From the NCBI GenBank assembly GCA_049975205.1, contig JBNGDL010000007.1:36952-100951 (forward strand): a DNA stretch of 64,000 nt. Reading direction: 5' to 3'. Position 1 is the first letter of the stretch. Each line of letters begins with the position of its first letter. Below are positions 43,536 through 52,365 of this stretch, piece by piece. The notes beneath the pieces were generated by a model that worked only from the letters and a program-made list of their open reading frames with translations, made no database searches and was not told the origin of the DNA. A program made the translations under genes and the position numbers. This stretch comes from Anaerolineae bacterium. GTDB taxonomy: Bacteria > Chloroflexota > Anaerolineae > B4-G1 > SLSP01.

Positions 43536-44924
43536 ATGGAAGGTATGGTGAGAGGATCTAGATCAGCAGGGCGAAAGCAAGGTGCGCCAGTTATCGTAAC
43601 GGCGATTCTACTGACGTTGCTTATCGCTATCGGCATTGCGGTTGTGCTGTTTGTTGTCTCTTGGGTCAGGGCGAGCTTCGCGACGCCCGGTATCACGCCC
43701 AGTCTACCGGAGAATACGCAGCCCAGCGAGAATGTCAGTTACAGCTTCGGGCAGCTTCTGCCCACCTGGAGCGGCAAGGATCGTGTCACGGTGCTACTCT
43801 TGGGCGTGGACGAGCGCTCGCAAGAGACCGGACCCTGGCGAACCGATACGATGATGCTGTTGACGATTGACCCACCGACCAAACAGGCCGGGATCCTGTC
43901 GATTCCTCGAGACTTGTGGGTTCCGATCCCGGGCCACAAGGACGGGCGGATCAACACGGCGCACTTTCTGGGCGATCTTTATGGGTATCCCGGAGGGGGG
44001 CCAGCGCTTGCCGTGGAGACCGTGGAGTACAACTTCGGCATCCCGGTCAACTACTACGTGCGTGTCAACTTCGAGGCGTTCGTGACGCTGGTTAACCGGA
44101 TCGGCGGCATCGATGTCTACGTCGAGGAGACCATCAACGACCCTCTCTATCCGGACCACAACTACGGCTACGATCCCCTGTACATTGAGGAGGGATGGCA
44201 TCACTTCGACGGGGAGATGGCGTTGAAGTATGCGCGGACACGGCACGCCAGCAATGACTTCGATCGAGCCCGGCGACAACAGCAGGTGATGATGGCCATC
44301 CTGGATCGCGTTACGACCTACGAGCTCCTACCCGACCTCGCTCGGAACGCCTCTGGCATCTACCGGACGCTTGAGTCCTCTGTTGCTACCGATATCGCGC
44401 TCGATCAGATGCTTGCGCTGGCGAACCTGGCTGTGGACGTCAAGAAAGAAGAAGTCCGTTCTGCCGTGATTGATCAGACGTGCACGGAGCCCTATGTCAC
44501 GCCTGACGGTGCCCAGGTTCTGATACCCATGCGAGACTGCATGCGTGAGATACGCGATTATGTCTTTGTTGCCACGCCGCGGACTGAGGCTGGTCAAGAT
44601 GCGACGGCCGTTCCACTGTCGACACCGACGCCAGAGATAGCGTCCATCGCGGTGCTGAACGGGACGACGCAAGCTGGGTTGGCGGGATCGACGGCTGACT
44701 ATCTGAGAACGCATGGGCTCACGATAGATCGGGTGGCCAACGCGGACCGGCAGGACTATGCAAGCACGCTCATCGTCCTCAATCACGATAAACCCCAGAC
44801 GGTCGCTAAGCTGCTCAAGGCGCTCGAGCTGCCGGGGACGGCTACGGTGCAGGGAGACGATCCGGCGTCGCCGTACGACATCGTCGTAGTGCTCGGGATT
44901 GATTTCGAGGTGCCAGAGCCTTGA
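43536..44924 (+). CDS. LytR-CpsA-Psr (LCP) family glycopolymer phosphotransferase
   Basis: 462 aa. N-terminal TM. VTVLLLGVDERSQETGPWRTDTMMLLTID, ILSIPRDLWVPIPG, ALKYARTRH. C-terminal LytR_C-like region. Confidence 0.85.
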   Translation: MEGMVRGSRSAGRKQGAPVIVTAILLTLLIAIGIAVVLFVVSWVRASFATPGITPSLPENTQPSENVSYSFGQLLPTWSGKDRVTVLLLGVDERSQETGPWRTDTMMLLTIDPPTKQAGILSIPRDLWVPIPGHKDGRINTAHFLGDLYGYPGGGPALAVETVEYNFGIPVNYYVRVNFEAFVTLVNRIGGIDVYVEETINDPLYPDHNYGYDPLYIEEGWHHFDGEMALKYARTRHASNDFDRARRQQQVMMAILDRVTTYELLPDLARNASGIYRTLESSVATDIALDQMLALANLAVDVKKEEVRSAVIDQTCTEPYVTPDGAQVLIPMRDCMREIRDYVFVATPRTEAGQDATAVPLSTPTPEIASIAVLNGTTQAGLAGSTADYLRTHGLTIDRVANADRQDYASTLIVLNHDKPQTVAKLLKALELPGTATVQGDDPASPYDIVVVLGIDFEVPEP

Positions 44925-44993
44925 ACTCCGTAACGCTCATGGTATCCACCGCAGGATCTAGGTCCATACCGATGGGAGCTTGCGAGGGAGCCG

Positions 44994-46397
44994 ATGGCTG
45001 AAGCTGCGAAAGATAGGGTCACAGAAGCTCGGCTGCCCTATAAGCCTCTGATCCGACTGGGGTTGGTGCTGATCTACCTGATCGGTACAGCAGTCTCAGC
45101 CTATATAGTTTTCGTGCGGGTCCGGGACGAGATAGCCGGCTCTGATCTTCTGCCGGACTTCACGATTGGGAAACCGACGGATCAGGAGAGCCCCAATGTC
45201 GAGCGTGTGGAGGGCGAGGCGCTTCCCATCTGGACCGGGACCGACCGCGTTACGGTGCTGATTTTGGGCATCGATGAGCGGCAACAGACCGAGGACTTCT
45301 GGCGCACCGATACGATCATCTTGGCCACGCTGGACCCGGTGACGATGCAGGCTGGGGTGCTGTCCATACCTCGTGACCTCTGGGTTCCCATTCCGGGCTA
45401 TACGGAGAACCGGATCAACACGGCTCACTTCATTGGCGACTCTCAGGACCATCCCGGTGGCGGGCCGGCTTTGGCTGTGGAGACAGTGGAGTACAACCTC
45501 GGTGTCGAGATTGATTACTACGTCCGCGTGAACTTCCAGGCCTTCATCGAAATCGTGGATCGCATCGGCGGCATCGAGATCGACGTGCCCGAACCGATTG
45601 ACGATGACTGTTATCCTACGGCGGACTACGGCTGTGAGCGGCTACATATTGACGCCGGGAAGCAGCATTTTTATGGTGAGATGGCGTTGAAGTATGCGCG
45701 GGTTCGGAATCTGTCGAGTAGCGACTTCGATCGTGCGAGACGCCAGCAGCAGGTCATCCGAGCCATTCTGGAGCGTGTCAGCGATAGGAAGATGCTGCCG
45801 CAGCTTGCGAGCCAGGCGCCAGAGATGTGGCGCGTCATGGAGGATTCGGTCAAGGTGGACCCCGATCTCCAGCTTGACGAGATCATAGCTTTGGCCAACC
45901 TCGTCATGACTAAGATGGATATGGACGATATCCGTTTTCGTGTGATCGATGAGAGCTGCACGCTCTTTGCTGAGACACCCGATGAGATGCAGGTCCTTGT
46001 CCCGCTGCGCGACGAGATCCGAGAGGTCCGCGATGAGGTCTTTGGCCTGAAGGCAGGGACTGATCAGCGTGAGACGGTGGAGGACGAGGACGCGACCGTT
46101 GCAGTGCTTAACGGGACGCTGACGCCAGGTCTAGCCTATGCTACGACGCAGTTTATTGAGGCCAACGGCATCAGTGTGGCGGACTACAGCAATGCCGATC
46201 GGCAGGACTACGATTCGTCGCTGATCATCCTAAATAGGGATAAGCCGATGACGGCTCAGAAACTGGTATCGATGCTGGAGCTGCCGCAGTCTGCAGTGGT
46301 CAACGGTGCGAATCCGTCTGCCGTCTACGATGTTGTCGTGATCCTGGGCTCGGACTACGTGGGGCACCAGGAGCTCGAGGAAGGGGATGCGCCGTAG
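44994..46397 (+). CDS. LCP family protein (tandem paralog)
   Basis: 467 aa. VTVLILGIDERQQTEDFWRTDTIILATLD, VLSIPRDLWVPIPG. The core is highly similar to the upstream LCP gene. Confidence 0.85.
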   Translation: MAEAAKDRVTEARLPYKPLIRLGLVLIYLIGTAVSAYIVFVRVRDEIAGSDLLPDFTIGKPTDQESPNVERVEGEALPIWTGTDRVTVLILGIDERQQTEDFWRTDTIILATLDPVTMQAGVLSIPRDLWVPIPGYTENRINTAHFIGDSQDHPGGGPALAVETVEYNLGVEIDYYVRVNFQAFIEIVDRIGGIEIDVPEPIDDDCYPTADYGCERLHIDAGKQHFYGEMALKYARVRNLSSSDFDRARRQQQVIRAILERVSDRKMLPQLASQAPEMWRVMEDSVKVDPDLQLDEIIALANLVMTKMDMDDIRFRVIDESCTLFAETPDEMQVLVPLRDEIREVRDEVFGLKAGTDQRETVEDEDATVAVLNGTLTPGLAYATTQFIEANGISVADYSNADRQDYDSSLIILNRDKPMTAQKLVSMLELPQSAVVNGANPSAVYDVVVILGSDYVGHQELEEGDAP

Positions 46398-46457
46398 GCA
46401 TTCCATTGGCGTAGACCACATAAGAAGGACAAGACCCCTGCCTGCGCGGGGGTCGTT

Positions 46458-48299
46458 TCATTCCTCTGGGGCCACAGCCGTGCCCAACGGCTTCATCACG
46501 ATGTAGTGGAACCCGTTCATAGGCACGTGTTCCACGAGCCCATAGTGCTCGCCGATCGCGGCTAAGACCGGTGGCGGATAGAACTGAGCGCGCATGATGA
46601 CCAAGCCGAAGGCCTTCTCACGAATCATGCTCTCCAGGGCTGTGGTATCTAGGAGGCCGTTGTTGTAGAGATTGAGCAGCTGGGTGGGGTTTGTGATCAC
46701 GGGCTTCCCCGCCAGCATCGTGAAGGCAGCCTCCTCACTGAGCACCGGGAGGTCGGTTGACCTGACGTGCTCCATGATTCTGGCACCGCCTTCGTAGTCG
46801 CGGGGCAACATCAGGTGGCCAACTTGCGTGTACCCCACCGCGTCGTAATAGGCATAGTCTGCGTAGGCTGACTGTCCAGCCACACCGAGAGCGCGGGCGA
46901 TAGGCCCCCAGATCGGCCCTGCGGTCGGCAGATGGAGCATGCGCGTGGTCTGAACCAGGATTAGCAGGGGCACGAGAACAAAGACTGCTCCGTGCCACCG
47001 AGGGCGAGTCGTAACGACCCAAGCGCTCAGCTTGCCAAGAGCAAAGCCTGAGAGGATGATCGCTGCGGCAACGGAGGTCACCCAGTATGCCTCTCCCGCA
47101 CCCCATTTGCCGGACATCGCTCCGGTCCCCAGCGCGGCGAGGAACCAGAGGGTGTAGATGGAGATCTGGCCAACATAGACCTCGTAGATGACCACCGCTG
47201 CGGCTAGCAGGACGAACACGGTGTGAATCTTCAGCCACGATCGCGTGAGTCCGATTAGTTGAGGATAAAAATAGGTATTTACGTTGGCAGAGATCGTATT
47301 GATCCACCAGTACCCGTCGGTAAGCTCGTTGATCAAGAGAAAGACTGTGGCGAATGCCAAGCCAAAGGCTGCGACCGTGACAACCGCTCGGCGTGGCTTC
47401 AGCAAGAATAGGTAGGCGAAGACGGCAGCTGCCGTGAAGACTGCAAGCTGCTTGGAATACCCTGCTAAGAAGAGACAAGACAGACCGAGGAGCAGGTATC
47501 CTTTTCTTTGAGGTGTGCTACTTTGCGCGCGCCCGACAGCGCCGGCGATGAAATAGACGCAGAGGACCTCGAAGAAGACCATGGTCAGGTGCTGGCGACA
47601 CAGGGGGCCAACGTGGTAGACGAAGTTGGAGGCCAGGTAGGAAAGACCGGAGGCGACAGGAATGAAGATGCCCCCGGTCCTGCGTCGCACCGTCATGCCA
47701 ATCATCACAGCTGTAAGGAGCGTGATGGTGAAGGCAAGCACCCGACCTGAGAGCAGCGTCTCTCCAAAGATCGGGAAGACCGCGATGTTCATCAAGTGGA
47801 AGACCGGGGGATAGTTGGAAGCGTAGAAGGGATAGGTGTCTGGATCTTGGTAGGGCCATCTCCCCTGACTGTGCAGGACTGCGTCGTACAGCTCAAAGCT
47901 CTCGCCCTGATCGTAGTCGTAGGGCCATCGGAACAGATCCACGGCGTAGGTTACGTAGACGAGGAGATATGCCAGGAGTGCCAGGATCGCCAGTCCTCGG
48001 AGTAGCCAGCCCGACCAGCGATAGGGTGAGGGCACAGGATTCACCGCCTCGAGCAGGTCAGGGTCGATGCGGTCATTTGGCTCCCCTTCGATAGCGGCAG
48101 GCCGGTCGCCCAGGCGCAACAGAGGAATGCCGGCGGCTGCGATGACCACTCCAACAAGCAGCAGTGCCAGCTCCAGAGGTCCGATGCCGCTCCATGCGCC
48201 GAGGCCGAGTCGACCGACCAGCAGCAGCGCGGCAACCGCGCCGACGCCCAGAGCAATGAGGAGCCAACCTAGCTGTCGCTTTGTGATCATCGCGGGCAT
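46458..48299 (-). CDS. Polytopic membrane protein, GT-C-type (ArnT/PMT-like) glycosyltransferase candidate
   Basis: 613 aa. At least 10 hydrophobic spans, an acidic first loop (WPYDYDQGESFELYD) and a C-terminal soluble domain. The family is assigned by architecture only. Confidence 0.5.
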   Translation of the reverse strand: MPAMITKRQLGWLLIALGVGAVAALLLVGRLGLGAWSGIGPLELALLLVGVVIAAAGIPLLRLGDRPAAIEGEPNDRIDPDLLEAVNPVPSPYRWSGWLLRGLAILALLAYLLVYVTYAVDLFRWPYDYDQGESFELYDAVLHSQGRWPYQDPDTYPFYASNYPPVFHLMNIAVFPIFGETLLSGRVLAFTITLLTAVMIGMTVRRRTGGIFIPVASGLSYLASNFVYHVGPLCRQHLTMVFFEVLCVYFIAGAVGRAQSSTPQRKGYLLLGLSCLFLAGYSKQLAVFTAAAVFAYLFLLKPRRAVVTVAAFGLAFATVFLLINELTDGYWWINTISANVNTYFYPQLIGLTRSWLKIHTVFVLLAAAVVIYEVYVGQISIYTLWFLAALGTGAMSGKWGAGEAYWVTSVAAAIILSGFALGKLSAWVVTTRPRWHGAVFVLVPLLILVQTTRMLHLPTAGPIWGPIARALGVAGQSAYADYAYYDAVGYTQVGHLMLPRDYEGGARIMEHVRSTDLPVLSEEAAFTMLAGKPVITNPTQLLNLYNNGLLDTTALESMIREKAFGLVIMRAQFYPPPVLAAIGEHYGLVEHVPMNGFHYIVMKPLGTAVAPEE

Positions 48300-48356
48300 T
48301 ATAGCCGGTCATCTCAGACCCGCAAGGCGCCGATCAGACTAGTCAAGAATCTCAGT

Positions 48357-48373
48357 ATTGACAATCGGTCAAT
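48357..48373. promoter_or_regulatory. Perfect inverted repeat ATTGAC-N5-GTCAAT overlapping the -35 (candidate PadR operator)
   Basis: ATTGACAATCGGTCAAT at 48357-48373. A third ATTGAC lies at 48398-48403 and a GACTAGTC palindrome at 48337-48344. Confidence 0.35.
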
Positions 48374-48386
48374 AGTACGATATGAT
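48358..48386 (+). promoter_or_regulatory. sigma70-type promoter of the padR / NifX-like / MinD-ferredoxin operon
   Basis: TTGACA (48358-48363), 17 bp, TATGAT (48381-48386). Very short leader to the RBS GAGGAGG (48391-48397). Confidence 0.55.
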
Positions 48387-48404
48387 TATAGAGGAGGATT
48401 GACT

Positions 48405-48815
48405 ATGCCGTGGGGAGGGAAACGCAGAGGTCGAGGCTACGGCCCCAAGCGCCGTTGGGGGAGGCGGATCCGTATCGTTGAGCCAATGATGCTGTTATTG
48501 CTGGCTGAGGAGCCGACGCATGGTTATCGCCTTGTCGAGCGGCTGGCGGAGCGGTACGGTATCGAGAATCTTCCCCCCCAGACCGTCTATCGCATTCTGC
48601 AGGAGATGGAAGAACGGGGCTGGGTGTCTTCAGACTGGGATCTCGAGGGGGCTCAGGGCCCTCCGAAGAAGGTATATCGGCTCGAGCCTGCGGGCAGGGC
48701 CGCGCTAGATGCATGGTCTGGTGAGATTGAGGAGTTGCGTAGCATGCTGGGGAGTTTCCTCAGCGATCACGCGCATATTAGACTGAACACAACAGAGGAG
48801 GCGGAGACGAGATGA
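48405..48815 (+). CDS. PadR family transcriptional regulator
   Basis: ATG at 48405 lies 7 nt after GAGGAGG; the track ORF opens at TTG 48399. LLLLAEEPTHGYRLVERL, TVYRILQEMEERGWVSS, KKVYRLEPAGR. Confidence 0.85.
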   Translation: MPWGGKRRGRGYGPKRRWGRRIRIVEPMMLLLLAEEPTHGYRLVERLAERYGIENLPPQTVYRILQEMEERGWVSSDWDLEGAQGPPKKVYRLEPAGRAALDAWSGEIEELRSMLGSFLSDHAHIRLNTTEEAETR

Positions 48816-49189
48816 AGATAGCAATTGGTGCATACGGTCCGGGCGAGCAGGCGATGATCGACCCCCGATTTGGACGTTGTGCGTATTTTGTGTTCGTGGA
48901 CACTGATAGCGGCGCTGTGGACTCACAGCCGAACGACGGTCTGGCAAGCGCCCACGGGGCGGGCGTCCAAGCGGCCCAGGTCGTTATCCAGTCGGGCGCT
49001 GATGCTGTGATTGCCGCGCGGGTCGGGCCTAATGCGTTTCAGGTGTTGCGCTCAGCGGGTGTGAGAGTCTACCAGGCGCAAAGCATGTCGGTTGAGGAAG
49101 CGGTGGCGGCGCTGAAGGCGAACCGGCTTGTTGAGGTCGGTCAACCAAGCGGACCCGGACACTTTGGGGGAGGAGGGAGGCGACGCTAG
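48812..49189 (+). CDS. NifB/NifX-family (MTH1175/orange-protein-like) domain protein
   Basis: 125 aa. MKIAIGAYG...DPRFGRCAYFVFVD is typical of the dinitrogenase FeMo-cofactor-binding-like domain (PF02579-type). ATGA overlap with padR. Confidence 0.75.
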   Translation: MKIAIGAYGPGEQAMIDPRFGRCAYFVFVDTDSGAVDSQPNDGLASAHGAGVQAAQVVIQSGADAVIAARVGPNAFQVLRSAGVRVYQAQSMSVEEAVAALKANRLVEVGQPSGPGHFGGGGRRR

Positions 49190-49191
49190 GA

Positions 49192-49554
49192 ATGCCACTG
49201 ACAGATGGACAGGAAGAAACTTCCAGGGCAGAGAGGCGCTCGACGGAGATTGTTGAGGTTAGAGGAGCTCCAATCGTGCCACTGGATGAACGGGAGGCCA
49301 CTCTGGTTAGAGAACAGCACACCCGAGCAGCTGATATCGCTCGCCAGGTGCTGGGTTTCCTATCCAACGTCGCCCAGCTAGCGCTGAAGATCGTGGAGGA
49401 TCGATCCGTGACTCCGGTGGAATCTCCGCAACAGTCGGCAGCCGTCCAGCCCGAGCGTACCCCCGAGCGCCCACTCGGTGTGCGATGTGGAGGCCCAGGG
49501 CAAGGGGGGCGGCAACAGCGACGTCGAAGGCGTGGAGCTAAGCAAGATCAATAG
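49192..49554 (+). CDS. Hypothetical protein with Arg/Gly-rich C-terminal tail (coding status uncertain)
   Basis: 120-aa ORF filling the gap between two NifX-like genes and starting 3 nt after the previous stop. No recognised motif. DUF5320-type proteins occupy this position in similar loci, but the sequence does not clearly match. Confidence 0.35.
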   Translation: MPLTDGQEETSRAERRSTEIVEVRGAPIVPLDEREATLVREQHTRAADIARQVLGFLSNVAQLALKIVEDRSVTPVESPQQSAAVQPERTPERPLGVRCGGPGQGGRQQRRRRRGAKQDQ

Positions 49555-49574
49555 CAGTCAAAGGAGAAAGCTTG

Positions 49575-49967
49575 ATGCGAATCGCAGTCTCTTCAGAAGA
49601 TAATCGCGGCCTTGAGGCTCAGGTCGCCCAGCATTTTGGTCGATGTCCTTACTTCACCTTTGTGGATGTGGAGGATGGCGCCATTCAAGAGGTGCGTGTC
49701 CTGGACAATCCTCATTACCACGATCATCGTCCGGGTGCGGTCCCGGATTTCGTGAAGGCGTACGATGCCACGATGATCATTGCGGGCGGTATGGGACGGC
49801 GAGCTGTGGCGCTGTTTCAGCAGGCCGGCATAGAGGCTTATACCGGTGCTGACAGCACCGTGCGGCGCTCCTTAGAGTCGGCCATGGGCGGCGAGCTAGA
49901 GGACGCCACACCTTGTCCCGGCCGAGGGGGCGACGCGTGTGATGAGCACGGGAGCCACAGTCACTGA
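49575..49967 (+). CDS. NifB/NifX-family (orange-protein-like) domain protein
   Basis: ATG at 49575 lies 8 nt after AAGGAG. MRIAVSSEDNRGLEAQVAQHFGRCPYFTFVD ... IIAGGMGRRAVALFQQAGIEAY. Confidence 0.8.
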   Translation: MRIAVSSEDNRGLEAQVAQHFGRCPYFTFVDVEDGAIQEVRVLDNPHYHDHRPGAVPDFVKAYDATMIIAGGMGRRAVALFQQAGIEAYTGADSTVRRSLESAMGGELEDATPCPGRGGDACDEHGSHSH

Positions 49968-50091
49968 TGATGCAAACTACGAGGGCTGTCAAGGGGCCTA
50001 TTGTCCTGGCCCTAAATCGCGCTTCTACCCGGCTCAGGGGACGGGTTGCGGGTGACTGCCTATGCGGCGGTGGGTGCAGGGAGGCAGCGGC

Positions 50092-50985
50092 ATGCGCATA
50101 GCTATTGCGAGTGGCAAGGGTGGCACCGGCAAGACGACGATTGCGGTGAGCCTCTTTCTCACCCTGGCGGAGCAAACGGTGCACGGCTCGGATGCAGTGT
50201 GCCAGCTGTTGGACTGTGACGTCGAGGAACCAAACGCGGCGATCTTCGCGAAGCCCGTCATTGAGGGCTCTGAGGAGGTCGGGATACGCCTGCCGGAGGT
50301 GGATTTCGACCTCTGTACCTACTGCGGGCGCTGCGCTGAGGTCTGCGCTTACCACGCCATCGCGGTCTTCGGCGATCAGCTCTTGATCTTCCCGCAGCTA
50401 TGTCACGGGTGCGGCAGCTGCACGCACAACTGCCCCGAGGGCGCCATTCACGAGGTCTTGAGTCCGACAGGGACGCTCTCGTGGGGGACGATTCGGGAGC
50501 AGCCGGCACTTCGCTTCGGACAGGGCGAGATGATAGTCGGGGAGGCAATGGCAACACCCATTATTCGACAACTCAAGCGCAAGATGCGGAGCGTTTCCCG
50601 CGAGTCGGTCACCATCCTTGACGCTCCTCCTGGCAACGCCTGCCCGGTGGTTGAGACGATGCGTGGTGCGGATTTCGCGCTGCTTGTTACAGAACCTACG
50701 CCTTTTGGGCTTCATGATCTGCGCATCGCCGTTGACGTGGCGAGCGAGGAGTTGGGTGTCCCCGTGGGCGTGGTCATCAACCGGGATGGAGTGGGGGACG
50801 GCAGCGTTGACGAGTTTTGCGCAGAACGTGGGGTTCCAATCCTACTTCGCATTCCTCTCGATCGCCGCATAGCTGAGACCTATGCGGATGGTATCCCTCT
50901 GGTGGAAGCCCTTCCTGAGTATCGATCAGAGTTTGCCGATCTCTATGCAAGCGTGGTTGCGTTGATCGAGGGGAGGGACCGATGA
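50092..50985 (+). CDS. MinD/ParA-superfamily P-loop ATPase with inserted 2x[4Fe-4S] ferredoxin domain (COG1149-type)
   Basis: ATG at 50092 after AGGGAGG. Deviant Walker A IAIASGKGGTGKTT. Cluster motifs CTYCGRCAEVCAYHAI and CHGCGSCTHNCPEGAI. Confidence 0.85.
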   Translation: MRIAIASGKGGTGKTTIAVSLFLTLAEQTVHGSDAVCQLLDCDVEEPNAAIFAKPVIEGSEEVGIRLPEVDFDLCTYCGRCAEVCAYHAIAVFGDQLLIFPQLCHGCGSCTHNCPEGAIHEVLSPTGTLSWGTIREQPALRFGQGEMIVGEAMATPIIRQLKRKMRSVSRESVTILDAPPGNACPVVETMRGADFALLVTEPTPFGLHDLRIAVDVASEELGVPVGVVINRDGVGDGSVDEFCAERGVPILLRIPLDRRIAETYADGIPLVEALPEYRSEFADLYASVVALIEGRDR

Positions 50986-51884
50986 CGGACACGATGAGAC
51001 AACTCGTGATCTTAAGCGGAAAAGGGGGGACGGGAAAGACGACGATTGCTGCGGCGCTTGCGCACCTGGCGTCCCAGGAGATCTCGTTGAGCCTCGCCGA
51101 TGCCGACGTTGATGCCGCAAATCTGGAGCTTCTCCTGGCGGCGGAGCGTCTTGCGTCTCACGACTTCATGGGAGGAGACATCGCTGAAATCAATGCCGAT
51201 CTATGTATTGGCTGCGGCGCTTGTTTTGATGCCTGTCGATTTGATGCGATCAGCTTCGTGGAAGATGAGGGCGTCTACGCCGTTGATGACACCGCTTGTG
51301 AGGGGTGTGCTGCGTGCTTCTATCGATGTCCTGTATCAGCGATCACGATGACCACTGAACTGGGTGGGTACTGGTACGAGTCGGAGACTCCATATGGACC
51401 GCTGTATCATGCACATCTGCTCGCTGGGGCAGAGAACTCGGGTAAGCTGGTCACTATGGTAAAGCAGCAAGCGAGGCTCCGAGCACTGGATGACAGCCGC
51501 CGTCTCGTTCTCGTCGATGGACCGCCTGGCATTGGCTGCCCGGTCATCTCCGCGCTCTCCGGTGCGGATGTGGCACTGATGGTCGTTGAGCCGACGCTCT
51601 CCGGCGTTCATGATCTGAGCCGAGTCGTGGGAGTGGCTGACCACTTTGACGTGCCCTCGTTTGTGGCACTCAACAAGGTAGATCTGAGCCCAAGACGCGC
51701 TGAAGAGATCGAGGCGTACTGTGAAGACCAGGGTGTCCCCATCGTAGCCCGCATTCCATACGACACGGTGATGACCGAGTCTATGGTTCAAGGGGTGCCG
51801 GTGACCGCGTATACGGATGGGCCGGTTTCGCAGGCCTTGGCACAAGGCTGGTCCATCATTCGAGACAAGTTGGGGCTGGTCTAG
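50982..51884 (+). CDS. Second MinD/ParA-type ATPase with inserted ferredoxin domain (COG1149-type)
   Basis: 300 aa. VILSGKGGTGKTT, CIGCGACFDACRFDAI, CEGCAACFYRCPVSAI. ATGA overlap with the upstream paralog. Confidence 0.85.
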   Translation: MTDTMRQLVILSGKGGTGKTTIAAALAHLASQEISLSLADADVDAANLELLLAAERLASHDFMGGDIAEINADLCIGCGACFDACRFDAISFVEDEGVYAVDDTACEGCAACFYRCPVSAITMTTELGGYWYESETPYGPLYHAHLLAGAENSGKLVTMVKQQARLRALDDSRRLVLVDGPPGIGCPVISALSGADVALMVVEPTLSGVHDLSRVVGVADHFDVPSFVALNKVDLSPRRAEEIEAYCEDQGVPIVARIPYDTVMTESMVQGVPVTAYTDGPVSQALAQGWSIIRDKLGLV

Positions 51885-51968
51885 GCAGCGCTTCGTGGTG
51901 ATTCGGCACTGTGTCGACTGATCGGGGCTGATCGCGGCTGGTCGCTAGGACGGATGCATCATGTGGTG

Positions 51969-51996
51969 GTGACAGGAAGCCAGACTTTGGTATAAT
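51969..51996 (+). promoter_or_regulatory. Promoter for the DUF59 / FmdB gene pair
   Basis: GTGACA (51969-51974), 16 bp, TGG-TATAAT (extended -10, TATAAT at 51991-51996). RBS GGAGGT and the ATG at 52012 follow closely. Confidence 0.5.
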
Positions 51997-52011
51997 ACCG
52001 GTGGAGGTCAT

Positions 52012-52317
52012 ATGGACACCGATACGACCATACGAGAGCGGATATTGATGCGGTTGGTCGACGTTATCGACCCTGAGACTGGTGTCGATGTGCTGCGGAT
52101 GCGGTTGGTCGAGGATCTTTCGGTTGACGAGAAGGGGGGCGTCGTCACCTACCGTTTTCGACCGTCCTCGCCGCTGTGTCCGTTGGCGCACAGCCTTGCT
52201 TTGGACATCAAGCGGGCTATAGCCTCGGTCGAGGGTGTGAAGGAGCAGCAGATAGAGGTTGCTGGCTATGTGAGAGCCGAGGAGCTCACCGAGATGATCA
52301 ATCGTGTGAGCGTCTAG
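52012..52317 (+). CDS. DUF59/MIP18-family Fe-S assembly protein (SufT/PaaD-like)
   Basis: 101 aa. VDVIDPETGVDVLRMRLVEDL and a conserved Cys (SSPLCPLA). Has its own promoter-like element upstream. Confidence 0.75.
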   Translation: MDTDTTIRERILMRLVDVIDPETGVDVLRMRLVEDLSVDEKGGVVTYRFRPSSPLCPLAHSLALDIKRAIASVEGVKEQQIEVAGYVRAEELTEMINRVSV

Positions 52318-52365
52318 CGGACTTATCACAGTCTACGTGTAGGCGACGTCTTCGGAGAGTGCTAG

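Noticed and set aside
48812-49967. NifX/NifB-like genes considered as evidence of a nitrogen-fixation cluster.
   Set aside because: No nifH/D/K/E/N/B radical-SAM genes are present. The small stand-alone NifX-like proteins with MinD-ferredoxin ATPases match ORP-type loci instead.
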